A DNA stretch of 64,000 nt from Lama guanicoe. Lineage: Eukaryota. Of this stretch, positions 38,600 to 51,360 are shown in pieces; the stretch's first letter is position 1, and each line of letters starts with the position of its first letter. A program made the translations under genes and the position numbers. The DNA lies in assembly GCA_013239625.1 (NCBI GenBank), contig MU053994.1, positions 186,001 to 250,000 of the forward strand, read 5' to 3'. The notes beneath the pieces were generated by a model, which saw only the letters and a program-made list of their open reading frames with translations, searched no databases and had not been told where the DNA came from.

Positions 38600-40564
38600 G
38601 TAAGTACCAGTAAGAAAGAAATTACAAATTCTCTAACCTGTCTGGGTTCTCTTGGAAACTAAAATAGAGCAAGACTTTTTTGTTCATTTATTGTCTTTGA
38701 GAAATTGTGCTGAAACTGATTTACTGTGTGAACAGGCATCTATCTATAAGCAGACTGAGTCCATTCTTCCAAACTTATTAATGGAAAGAATACATTTCGG
38801 GGCTCACTTCTTCGAGTTTATTTCTTGAGTTTTTAGGAGTACTAAACTAGCCAGCGTTTCAGAAGGAGTGGAAGACATTTCATGCTAATGATTCCTGAGT
38901 CTGAGTTGCTTATTATTAATGTTTACTCAGAGGCAAATTCTCTATCTCTTATGTATTTATACCACCTAAAAAGTGGGTAATTGAAATTTTATACTGTTTT
39001 CCAAATAACAACACAAGACTGGCTCATGTACGGGAAATTAGCCTTTATTTCAGAACTTATACCAAAAATAATTGAAGTTTTCAATTTTCTTTTTTTAAAA
39101 AAAGTATCTTCTTTCCTCTGAGGTAAACTTTAGTTATTTGTGAGATTTTTAAAAATTCAAGGGAAGGGAATTGAAGAAAGCTATCTAGACACATATATAT
39201 AGTATATATTATATATAGTATATGATTACATACAGATCAATATAATCTATCTTGAGAAACAATTTTTGTAAGTAAAGATATGGCTAATTTTCAAATACAC
39301 ATGTTGATTTCTTTAGTTTTTAATATACCAAAGATCTATTATTTTAAGATAGTGGTCTCAGCAAAGCAATATTGGACAACTGCAAAGATAGAAATGTGAT
39401 TTTAAATAGCTTTACTAAATAGCTAATGAAAGTATTACACCGATGTTTAAAAGAACACTTACGAATGAAAATTTTGAGTGTATCATGAAGTAAATATGAA
39501 TCTTTGAGTTGTAGAGATAGAAATTAGTAGCCCAAATAAAATAAAAAGAACAAATATTTTGTCATTATAAAAATAAGCCAAAGCAGTATTCTAATGCAAT
39601 AGAGAATTGTTCTAAGGACTCAGCTGTTAACTTGATTTCTTATCCCCACTTTAAAAATGGATTACCCCTTGGAAAACAAATTCAAATTATACTTTTAGCT
39701 CCTACCACAGTTTTCCCCAGGAAAGGACGTCCATCTAAATTATACACTCATATACTTGAAAGGGAAGACACAGCTTGGAAAGCAATAGGAAAAATGACAA
39801 TATTAGGAAATGGAGAAGTTGTTTTAGTACCTTCTTTATAAAGAGATTGTTTTTAAGTGTCGAAGGACATTAAATAGCTTTAAAGCACAGTTAAGAAAGG
39901 ATGGCTACTGTGGAGCTGAAGGTAGATGACTGGGCAGTGTCACCATTTGATACAGTCGGTGCTTGGGATGAAATGAGCAGTCACAATCTAGAAGGGTCTC
40001 TAAAAAAAAAATCCCACACCCCTCACCCATCATTCATGCTCGATATTCCCTTTCTCGAACGTTAAGCAAAATTTATCAAATAGAATTAAAGGCTTGACAT
40101 TTTACCTGACGAGACAGACTCCCCCTAGCTGGGGTAGGATGCTGTGTGATGGACAGAGGCGATTACACGGGTGAGAACAGAACACAAAGTCCTACTGATG
40201 TGGGGGGGCAGCAGAGTAACATATTCCTTTCCCTTCTCTTTTTAAGGTGAGTCACCTGCTCTCAGTTATCTATGAAAGGTTAAGAAAAGAGGAGGAGAAA
40301 GAAAGCAGAAGAGATAAACTGATAATAACTTGGCATCCTGGCCAAGTATTAAAACAATCATAGGGGACGACACTGGGTGGAAAGGTTAATTACAGAGAAG
40401 TGCAACAACACCGTTGTGGAAAAGAGCTGGTCACACCCAGCTTTGTAACCACTTTTGTCAAAGGCTGTATTTGGGGAAGTTCTGACTTTGGTCTGACTCC
40501 AAACTTGTGTGAAATCTACCTGTTGAAACACGAAAATTTCACACAATCATTTCTGTTTGTGCAG

Positions 40565-40660
40565 CTGGTATGGCTGGGGATGAATGTCTTCCTCTTTGTC
40601 CATTTCTACCGGTATTATGCTCTTCGAGAGGAGTTCTTTTACACTCGAAAACTTCTTGGG
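40565..40660 (+). CDS. CYBB: CYBB exon 2, [32 protein letters not shown] (TM1, loop A)
   Basis: Acceptor tttctgtttgtgcag|CTG, 96 nt, donor GGG|gtaagt. Confidence 0.98.
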
Positions 40661-40991
40661 GTAAGTATAAGTTCCATCTCATGCAGTATTGACCGGCTCA
40701 CATTTCTAATCAGAGAGTCTTGTTCCTAGTCCTTTTAACATTTTGAATAAATATTCTGACCAACCCAAACAGCACCATCAGCCTCACTCCCTCCATCGCA
40801 ATCCCAGGAACAAGGGTCTTTAGGCTTTTCGGAGTGAGATCAACCAAACTGTGACAGAGGCTCCCAGCAGCATCCCTCCCCTCCCTAGGCTACTGTGCCA
40901 CTGTTTAGCTTAAGGGAGAAATCTAATACTGACTCTCGAATGGATGGCCAGGTTGGGGAGATGGATCCACGGTGACACAGGTGCCACAAGT

Positions 40992-41001
40992 GGGACTTTC
41001 C
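40992..41001 (+). promoter_or_regulatory. Exact canonical NF-kB site GGGACTTTCC in CYBB intron 2
   Basis: Direct reading; function untested. Confidence 0.4.
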
Positions 41002-41942
41002 GTATTCTCTGAATCATCTGATTCCTACTACTTTTGTGCATGAAAAGCCCTGCTCCTAGTGACATGTTATGAGATAATCTTCAGGAAATAAGCCTCTCCC
41101 TACATATGGAGCCTTTGAAGAACTTCCCCAAAGGTCACGTTCATGGACTAGGCCAGCAGAGTCAAGGCCCTGACTTTTCTTGGGTCCATGAGCGCTCTCA
41201 GTTTCCTTGAGCTGCTGGTTCTTTTTCGTCATAAATGAAAATAGTTACAATTATAGCTGCCCCCAGATGCTCATTTGTTACATCATGCTGAAACCATGAA
41301 TTCATTGCTTAATGACACTAATTCTAAATCATATGCATAAATAATTACAATATATAATTATACTATATTATTACAATTGTTGTTAATGTATTCAGGTTGA
41401 TGCTGAAAAGGATGATTTCCTTTTGCATTCCCCCTCCAAAATCTGCAACTTCTTCTTTTTTTTTTTTTCAAAATCTACAACTTCTTTAGGCATTACAGAG
41501 AACAATTATTATGCCAAAGCAACTTAAGTTATTGCTGAGGTTATTCTAAGTGCTAAGAAAATCTTCACAAAGCCTCAGTGTCTATACTGAACTCTAGTTA
41601 ATGATATGCATGCTTAAATATTTAGGAGGAAGTGAACTGATGGCTGCACCTTACTTTGAAATGCATCAAAAATAAGGTGTGTTGATGGATGGATAGAGGG
41701 AGAGGTAGATGGATGGACAGATGAATAGACATGTGATAAAGCAAGCATAGTAAAATGTAAAAGGCAGAATCCAGGAGGTGAATAAACAGATATTTATTGT
41801 GAACTTATTTCAGATTCTCTTTAAGTCTGAAAATGTTCATCAGAAAATGTTGGTGTCGGGGCGAGGGCCAGATTCAAACAAAGTATCCCAGTGGGCCCTA
41901 AAAATAAACCTTTGGCTCTGAAGGACCTTCCTTTCCAGATAA

Positions 41943-42182
<240 letters not shown>

Positions 42183-43091
42183 TGAATTCCTCAAAATTTC
42201 GAAGGCCATCAAGCTAAATACCCTTTCTTGGGAAAAGCAAACCAATGGTTTGTGAGGATTCTCACCTCTGTACAATATTCACAAGCCAAGCCACGCTTGA
42301 TTCTCTAGTTTATTTTTATATTATTTGTTGATGGAGCTCCCTGGGATGACCATTTAACCTTGAACAGATATTAAAGGCAAAAAACCAGAAAAACATCAAC
42401 CAATCAATCTCTACCTGAACAACAGCGATTAAGTACATGCACACACACACACAGACAGAGATACATGATCGTGATGCCCGTGTATACGTTTATAAACAGG
42501 GATTTATGAGGCAGGCATGAAATTTAGGAATGAATCTTACAGTGCCATGTTTTTCAAAATGTTTAAGTCAGAGAAAATCTCTTTTCTGGATAACATCCAA
42601 AGAAGATGGAATGAATGAGCTATGAGTCACTCTGTCATGAATGTGACAGGTGTTAGGTTCATGGAATTGAGGAGTTCAGAGCTTTCTAAATGCCCAGGAC
42701 TTCTTTCATCCCCACTTCCACAATTTAGTGAGCCCCCTAATGTACTCTGCTGGAAGAAAAAAATAATTATATAGGAAGAACTTTTGTATCTATAAAATGG
42801 TATATGAATTTGTTATAGATGTTTTTATATAAAGATGAGAAATGATGAACTTAGAATCTACACACAGACTCAAATTAATATGATACAAAACAACATATCA
42901 TGGGTCCCCCAAACATTACAAATAAGGAGCAATAGGGACTCAAAGGAGGGGGGATTATATCATCTGGGGCAGAGGAAGAAGAAAGACTTCTTAGAGAAGG
43001 TGGCATCAGATATGGGCATATAACGATCAAATAACTTCTACGAGATATAAATGAGAAGACATTCTCCATGGAGAAAGTATGGGTAAAAGCG

Positions 43092-43335
43092 CAGGAAATG
43101 GTGAGGAAATTGTATTCTTGAAAGTCCCGTATAAGCATGACTTCTCTCTTTGGATTTGTTTGCCATTCCTGACCACACCAGAGAGGGTAGTTCTTCCAAA
43201 GTTAGGGATTGATGCCCTGGTGGGACCCATTTCACTGCTCATTCGTGACTGGTAGCCTCTGTTTTTCCCTTTTAATAAAATGTTTGTTTTATGTTACCTA
43301 GCTCTTTCAAAAATTACCTATTAAGTCAAGGTCAT
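43092..43335 (+). repeat. Intron 3 dispersed repeat, copy 1
   Basis: Shares TGTTTGCCATTCCTGACCACAC (43157-43178), GTTAGGGATTG, TAGCCTCTGTTTT and AATAAAATGT with copy 2, in the same order. Confidence 0.9.
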
Positions 43336-44071
43336 TTGTAGTGGAGAGCAGTAAGCAATCTGTTTTGATGGGCATGTACGGATTGTAAAAGGCAAGTGTC
43401 TGAGGTCAGGCTGGAGAGGAAAGCTGGAGGTTTGCTCGTGAAGTAGGACCTTAAATGTATAGCCGAGGAGTTGATACTTAACTGGCAATCAAAAGAGAGG
43501 AAAGTGATCTAAACTGTCAATAACAACCAGAAGTTGCCTTACACTCTGCCTCATTTTCCCTAGTCCTACTAAATTCCCATAAGTCTAGGGAGATTTTTCT
43601 TTAAGAACAACACAACACTCAATTTACTAATATAGAGTTAGCAAGCTACACATAACAGTAGACACTGATTACAAGGATTTCCAAATAATCTCAACCGAGG
43701 AAACCACAGAGGTAAGTTTCATTTGATGGAAAAGTTTTATTGACGAGCCCCCTGTACAGTACAACGTCTGGTATATTGTAGGTGCCCAAAGAGCTTTTGC
43801 TAGACAAAGTTAATGTCCTGTAGCTTTTTTATTCTCCCTACTACCCACTGTTCAAATACTTTCTATTTAGAGGAAGTAAAGGCTGAGAAACAGGCAGTGT
43901 TTTCACCAGGAAGTCCTGTTAAGAAATCCTTGTTACCCCACAGGCCTGAATTGCACTGCTGTTGTGCTGCCAAGGCCCCGTGAGCAGTACGTGTTGTAAT
44001 GGCCACTTGTAGGTTTCCCGTGGCCCAGGAGGGAAGAGCCTCATGACAGTATCTAAAGACAGGGGGTGATA

Positions 44072-44285
44072 GACTGGGATTTCAAAATTGTAGAATAGAT
44101 AAACAAGATTACACTGTATAGCACAGGGAAATATACACAAAATGTTATGATAAATCACAGAGAAAAAAATGTGACAATGAGTGTGTATATGTCCATGAAT
44201 GACTGAAAAATTGTGCTGAACACTGGAATTTGACACAACACTGTAAAATGATTATGAATCAATAAAAAATGTAAAAAAAAAAAAA
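44072..44285 (+). mobile_element. Young 5'-truncated L1 3' end, sense to CYBB
   Basis: AATAAA 44261-44266, pure A tail, perfect 17-bp flanking repeat AAAGACAGGGGGTGATA (44055-44071, 44283-44299). Confidence 0.92.
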
Positions 44286-46137
44286 GACAGGGGGTGATAT
44301 GAGGCTGCTCTTGAAATGGCAGAGAAGCTCGGCTCTATAACCAGAGAGACATCTATGTAAAAGAATATATTTTAAAATGGGCAGCAAGTAGCATTCTTTT
44401 CCAGATTGAGTGTGTCCCCTCCTTCCAGATTTCCCAACCGGAGATGTGACCTTGGCCCATTAAACTTCTTTTCTGATTGGGATTAAAATGAGTGTCCATG
44501 CTGTGACTAATGTTGGAAATTATAAGAGCTGCCCCTTATTGAGTCTTCGTAGACCTTGCATCGTGAAATCTGCATGTTGAGTCAGTGAGGTGGGGGTGAA
44601 ATTACACGAGAGTGTTGAGATTCCAACCCAGGTCACTGTGCCCCCAGAGCCTGTTTGCTTTCCTACGTGTCACCAAAACTCAAAACTCTCCTGTTGTGGT
44701 ACTGTGGTCTTAGAAAGTCCACCATCTATATGAATGTTTGGGCATGCTGAGTAACCTAGGCTAGAAGTAGCAAGGGTGTTGTAACGTCAAGGATTTATTA
44801 GTAGGCCTTTATGCAAACTAAACAGTCACAGAACTTCCGTTCAGTTTCTAGTGATCTTAATCATTTAGACTTGGCTTTATAATTGTTCTGCTTATCTGGA
44901 GAAAGAAAACCCCAGGATTGGCCCACCCCGGGAAAGACAGGGGTAGGACTCCGAGCCTGCTCTGTTGAAGGAAATGGGGAATGGTGGGGCTTGGCAGACA
45001 GAAGTCCCCAAAGAAGTCTTAATGACCCGACTTGCCATGCAGATACTAAGTTCTAACTGAATGGAAGTTCTAGTCTGAAGATCAGAAAGAAACAGTAAGG
45101 TGAGAGAGTGAGCTCTTTCCCATAACCTTATATAGTCTGAGAGTCAGACGTAGCCCCATGTCTAACTATGTGGTCTAGGGCAAGGCTCTTGGACTTCCTG
45201 TCTCATACTTGTTGTTTTTGTTGTTGTTATAGTTTTTAGCTAAAAAGCTAAAGATAATGCAAATGTAACAATATATATGAGTGACATTCCAAAAGTGTGT
45301 TAATTGACTAAGCCTGTCCCCTAGTGAGTTGTCAGTTAATAAATATTTGTTGAGTGCCAGCTATATGCTAAGCACTGGGGACACATGGTGAGCAGAGGGG
45401 AGACATGAATGAGCCACAAGCTCAGGGAGCTTAGAGTTTTGTGGAGGAAGTAGAGGAGAAACATGTAATTTCAAAATTATAAACAATGCTGTACTAATCA
45501 AGTGGTGGTCTTCATATTTATCGCATAATCTACTGTCACCAGGTTTGAACATGACTATCAGCTTCTTTGCCTGAGTTCTGTACATTCAAGGCTGGCTGTT
45601 GTGATTTCTCCTAAATTGCATGTAAATATCTAATTCAGATTTATTCATAGCACTTGTGGTGAGACCAGGTGTACATAAAATAGGACTTTACAGTTTCCAT
45701 AAAGCTCATGTTACAGAAGCTAATGTTATGCCCCAGTAAATATGCACTTCTTTTTAGTTCCGTTTCTCAATTTTGTGAATTTTTTTTTGGCTCTTGTAGT
45801 TTGAATAGAGCATAGAAATCTGTCGAGATGACTCAGTAATCTTCCTTGCACTTGAATGTTAGTTTGTTGAGATTGGGCAAGGCTCTGTGGTAGTTAACAG
45901 TGGAGCGTCCCTTTAGAAGTCAATAGCAAAAAGCAGAGAGGTAGTTCAGTGAGGAAGCCATGGTGCCTGATGGCAGCTTGGCTAATTAGCAGGTGGCTGG
46001 CGCTAATTCAGAAGTGACTCAAAAGCATAAAAATGGTATCTGCATGGTAAGGAGGAAGAAGGAAGAAAAAAGCCTGGGCAGTCAAACAGCAAAGCCTTTC
46101 CTTCCCACCCCACCAACCAGCCATCTTGCCCCCTTGT

Positions 46138-46385
46138 CAGGAAACGATGAGGAACTTGTATCTGGAAGGCCCATATAAGCATGGTTTTGGCTTCTCTTTG
46201 GATGTGTTTGCCATTCCTGACCACACTATTGAGGGTAGCGAGGAAAGGTTAGGGATTGGTGCCCTGGTAGGACCCACTCTACTAACTCATCAGTGAGTAA
46301 TTTAGCCTCTGTTTTCCCTTAAATAAAATGTATGTGTTCCATACTAAATAGCATTTTTTAAAAACTACCTGTTAAGATCAGAGTA
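46138..46385 (+). repeat. Intron 3 dispersed repeat, copy 2; candidate cryptic/alternative terminal exon 46141-46296
   Basis: Same conserved blocks (46205-46226, 46248-46258). Acceptor ccatcttgcccccttgtcag|GAA, 51 open codons, TGA 46294-46296, AATAAA 46322-46327. The repeat is certain; exon use is a hypothesis. Confidence 0.8.
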
Positions 46386-47124
46386 TTGCTGAATGGACCG
46401 TGTATTTCCCAAGCACATCTCTCCATTTTCCTGGCACTCAGTTCATTTTTCTCTAACAGTTTGTTGCTCTAACTGATAAAGGGCGTTGAAATCTATTGCT
46501 TCATATTTTTGATGATCCATGTTGATAATGATAAGGATAGAAGTATGGAGACAGTGTAGAGACGATGACAAAAGCACGTTCCTTTTTTTCAAATTCAGCA
46601 TGCAAGAGCCAGTGTATTTTCCTCCAAAAGTTTCAAAGCAATTTTTCCAGGAAAGAAAATAGTGTGGCAAGTATAGACATGTGTATAAATATATCTCTAT
46701 AGGTTTAGAATAATCATCTTAGGTTCTAGGAGAGTAAAAATGTCATTTAACCAAATAATTATTAAAGGATGGTTAAAAGGACATGACATATGGTTCTACA
46801 TACAGGAAGCTTACCCTCTAGCCGAGGAGCCATGCCATACTAGCTGAAAAGTTAAATAATGATACCAAAAGAATCAAATATTTATTAAACACCTCTCCAT
46901 GAATCTATGAAACAAACCTATGAGAGAAGAACTATGATAAATATACAGGTGAGAAAGCTGGAAACGGAGCGTGCTGTTCAGTGTCACACAGCTAGGTGGT
47001 AGGGCTGGGATCCAACACAGCTATATCTGATAGCAAACGTTGCTCTCAGAAATGTAATTCAATATTGCTTTCTGACCCTACTAATTCCCGTTCTCTCATT
47101 CTTGGGACTCCAACTGTATCCATC

Positions 47125-47750
47125 AGTCCAGTGAGGACTATATTAATGATCTGTTTTTGTGTAACAAAGTTAGAGGCTTAAAACAACCCCACTGATGAGC
47201 TCACAGCTCTGCAGGTCAGAAGTCCAGCATCCTGTTGTTGGGGTCTCTGCTCAGGGTATCACAGAGCTGCCATCAAGATGTCAACTGGGCTGAATTCTCC
47301 TGTGGAAACTCTGGGTAAACTCTTCTTCCAAGCTCATTCTTGTTGGCAAAATTTAGTCCCTTACAATTGCAGGACTGAGGTCCCTGTCTCCTTACTGACA
47401 GTTATTCAGGGGCTGCTCTCAGATCCGAGCTGTCCCTATATTCCTTGCCATGTGACCCCTTCCATCTTCAAGCCAGCAACAGCGTATCAAATACTTCTTG
47501 TGTCGCGGATCTCTGATTTCTAGACCCAGAATTAAAGGGCTCGTGTGATTGGATCAGACCCGTCCAGATAATCCCTCTCTAAAGTCAATTTGGGACTTTA
47601 ATTACCTTTGCAAAATCTCTTTTGCCATATAACGTAACAAAATCACAGGACTGTCATCCCATCGTATTTGGAGGTCAGGTCCTACCCCCACTCAAGGGGA
47701 CGAGATTATATAAGGTCACTGGGGATCATCTTAGAATTCTATATACCACA
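47125..47750 (-). mobile_element. MLT1-type LTR
   Basis: GGCTTAAAACAAC...GCTCACAGCTCTGCAGGTCAGAAGTCCAGC...GGATCATCTTAGAATTCTATATACCACA. Confidence 0.8.
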
Positions 47751-47904
47751 AGGACTCTATGAAACTGTGGAGGAACCTAGCAATTGGGAAACAGGAAAAA
47801 GATATTTCCTTAAAATTGTAAAAAATGCAAAATAGTGAAACAATGTACAGCACTTGAAATAAACACAAAAGACAGTTCTTTCTATATAAGAAAACAAGGA
47901 CAAT

Positions 47905-48204
47905 TACGGAATTGGAGAATAGTGATTGCCAGGGGTTAAGGAGTGTGTGTGGGGGGAGCGAGGTGAAAGGGTAGTGGGTGTACAGCATGAGGGATCCTTT
48001 GTGAGGTTGGAAATGTGCAGTACGTTGACTATAGCGATGTCAATGTCCTGGTTGTGATATTGTACGATAGTTCTGCAAGATATTGCAATTGAGGCAACTG
48101 GGTAAAGACACATGGGATCTCTCTGCATTATTTCTTACGGCTGCATGTTGTAAGAATCTACAATTATTACAAAATAAAAAGTTTAATAGAGGAAAAAAAA
48201 AGAC
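47905..48204 (+). mobile_element. Old L1 (L1MC-type) 3' end
   Basis: GTCAATGTCCTGGTTGTGATATTGTAC...GGGATCTCTCTGCATTATTTCTTAC, A tail; TSD AACAAGGACAAT at 47893-47904 and 48205-48216. Confidence 0.85.
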
Positions 48205-49479
48205 AACAAGGACAATCCATTTTTTATCCACAGAAATGTAAACTAAGTGATTTCAAACAGGAAACCCTTATTTTGAGAGCCTGAGTCACAGCGTAAACTC
48301 TTAGTGTGAGCCGCTGCTGTTGCACTGACACTGCCTCTACACTGACCGTTTCAATACACGGGGCAGCTGCCTTCTGCAACCCCACGTCATTCTCTGCCTG
48401 AGGACTTCCGTTCAGCCCTCTCCTGGGGCAAGCCTGAAATGCCAGGGAGTTGATGCCCTTGGAAGAGCCCTCAGCCAGTGATGGATAGGAGCTGGTGGAT
48501 GACTACCTGAGATTCCTAACCCCTCAGGGTGTGGCTTACCAGTCTCCCAGAGTCACTGATAAGATATGATGGTGGTAGCTGATACCGTAATACATCCTTT
48601 ATGGATTTCCCTCCCTTCCCAATCTGACTTCTCTTAACCTCATTTTCCAGATAGAGTACTGACACTTAAATTCTTGTCTTGGTTTTTAGACAAGTAGAAT
48701 AATAGTGACTGCCTCTTTACATTTGGTTTGATGGAGAAGGGAATGAACCTTAAAGACAAATAGACTTGGATCCCAGCCATTGTGAGAGTTAGCTTTAGTT
48801 TTGTTATCTGTAAAATGAGGACAATAATACTTATCTTATTGCATTAAGTGAGGTAATGATGATGGATAAACTGCCTGGCTCATAGAAGGCATTCAATAAA
48901 GCCTAATGACTTTTTCTTTTTTCTGGAATCCTCAATGTCTTCCTTACTAGTATTTCTGCAGTTCTGGGAATCTGTTTTCATGGCCCAAACAGCCTGCCCT
49001 CCCTAGATGTAGCTAACTCAGAGACAGTGGATTAAGCACAGTTTTCCATGCAATTCTATTTTGTCTCTAAAACTAGATTATTTTATTAAAAATAAGTAAG
49101 CCAAATATTAAACACCCCTATAACTAAATTGAATGTGTTTAGAACCAGATACTGATAATACCTACGTTTTTTGTTTTATTTTGTTTTGGGGGTTTTGGGG
49201 GGACACTTCACTCCACTCTCCTGAAGCGTTCTCTGAATCTCTGTGACAGTACATCTAGCCTAAGGAACAAAGCAGCCAGAGTGAGCACTTGGCCACTTTT
49301 CAGGAGAACAAAGCTCTGATTCAACCATAAATCAGGTTTTTTTTTCCTCTCCTTTGGGCATTGACCTGAATTCAGATTCAAACCCACATCTTCTAACATA
49401 TTACACTAACCTATTGACCAAAATACCATTTTTAATGTCAAGGTAATCATAAAAGGTATGAAATATCAGAATGTAGATA

Positions 49480-49705
49480 TCTCTGGCATCAGAGAGGCTG
49501 GATTTAGATCCCAGCTCTGCCACTTACTGGCTATGCAGCCTAGAGGAAGGTAACCTCTCTATGCCTTCGTTTCCTCATCTGTTATGCAGTGATAATATGG
49601 TACCTCCCATATAAGCTTGATGTAAGAATGAAATGAGTCGGTTTATGTAAAACACTTAAAGCAGCTTCTTGCCTGAGCTCTTTGTAAATACTATTGGCTA
49701 TTACT
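49480..49705. mobile_element. MIR SINE
   Basis: ATCCCAGCTCTGCCACTTACTGGCT...TTTCCTCATCTGT. Confidence 0.8.
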
Positions 49706-50264
49706 ATTTTTGTTATGATTATTTGGTTAATGATCACCCTTGTTATGTTGAGCCTATCACCATGTGCAGGTGGACACTTTCTTCTCCTCTCACAGTGTGT
49801 ACGTCCTGGAAGGGTGCTGTTCTAAAACTATTCATTTGTTCTAGAACTGTTCCCTTGTCTGTGTCCTCACTGGAACTTTAGGTCTTTGAGGGCAGCCTTG
49901 TCCTTTTAAAATTTCTGTATCTCCTATTTATTGAATAAATTAATCTGAACTAGAAACTATGTCATCAGATATGTTTCTGTCTAAATTCATATTTTATACA
50001 ATTAAGCAATGGATTCCATGGGAAGCTTTTTATGCCACTAATATGAGAAGCTAAAACATATTGGTTAAGCCAGCCGTGCCATTTATTGGCTGTTTGACCT
50101 TGGGAAGATGATGATGTCTGTCTAAGCCTCGGTTTTCTCATCTATCAAATGGGTGGTTGTAAGAATTAAATGAGATGATATATGCCTAATGCCTGACACA
50201 GAGAAAACCTTCTTGTTTTCAAGAATAACAATTACTATTTCATTCTTTTGCCTTTAATCCAAAG

Positions 50265-50349
50265 TGCTGCTCAACAAGAATTCGAAGACAATTGGACAGG
50301 AACCTCACCTTTCATAAAATGGTGGCCTGGATGATTGCACTTCACACTG
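50265..50349 (+). CDS. CYBB: CYBB exon 4, [28 protein letters not shown](A) (B-loop, TM3, H101)
   Basis: Acceptor ccaaag|TGC, 85 nt, donor CTG|gtaagt; contains the B-loop peptide CSTRIRRQL; not in the ORF track. Confidence 0.99.
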
Positions 50350-51360
50350 GTAAGTTCACTGAGATATCTGAGATTGCAAAGAAAACATGGAACCGGAGAG
50401 TCCCCTCTATTTTTTTTTTTTTAGATTTAAAATAAGAGGTTGGCCTTTATGGGGAGATTAGGTCGTTATTGGATATGTTGTATTTTTTATATGAGTTCTG
50501 TTAAAAAATATTCACCACTCTCTCTGCCATCTCAACATTAGGATTTATTCTTTCAGGTCTTAAAACTTTTTTATCTTAGACTCTTCTGATAAAATCCCAG
50601 TGTCTTCACCCTTTTCCACACGTTTTCATATCAAAATTCTTTGTTAATCCACATATGAGAGCTTTTATTCATTCTTTTTTTTCAGCATGTACCAATCAAA
50701 CTTTATTTAGAGACACTGAAATATGAATTTCATATCATTCATTCACTTAAAAAAATTCTTGGTAGAACATGTAGATTCATGGTTTTCTTGCAGTAACCCT
50801 ACGAGGGCCACAGCCTTTGAGAATCTCTTAAGATAGCCCTTATCAGCTAACAATTTTCTTTATTATCATTGTTTACATATATATATTTATATATACACAC
50901 ACATAATGGTATTTGTGTGTTTATATGCATTGTATATTTTGTGCTATTATTATAATTATTAAGGTGTTGGTGTTGGTATAAGAAGCTGTATCTGGGACCC
51001 TTATCAAATCTTCACTAATTCACTTAATAAATAATTGATGTACCAGACAGTAGGCAAGCATGCATGCACAGTGGTGAACAAAAAAGGCTTTTACTCTACT
51101 GTTAAGGAGTTTTCCCCTAGCCTGGGTAAAATAAGCTTAGGTTACAGGCATTCAACTGGGTTTCTCACCTCCTACTAGTAGGTCATGCGGGCTTTCTGTG
51201 CTGTGGCAAATGAAATATTTCAAGAGTGAAATGTATGATAAAATCTTATTAGAAAGCAGCACTGTGTACTGGATTTGTGTACCAAACTGCTTGGATTTGA
51301 CTCTTAACTCCACTACTTCCTGGCTTGGTGACCTTGAGCAAGATTTTAAAGCAATGTAGA

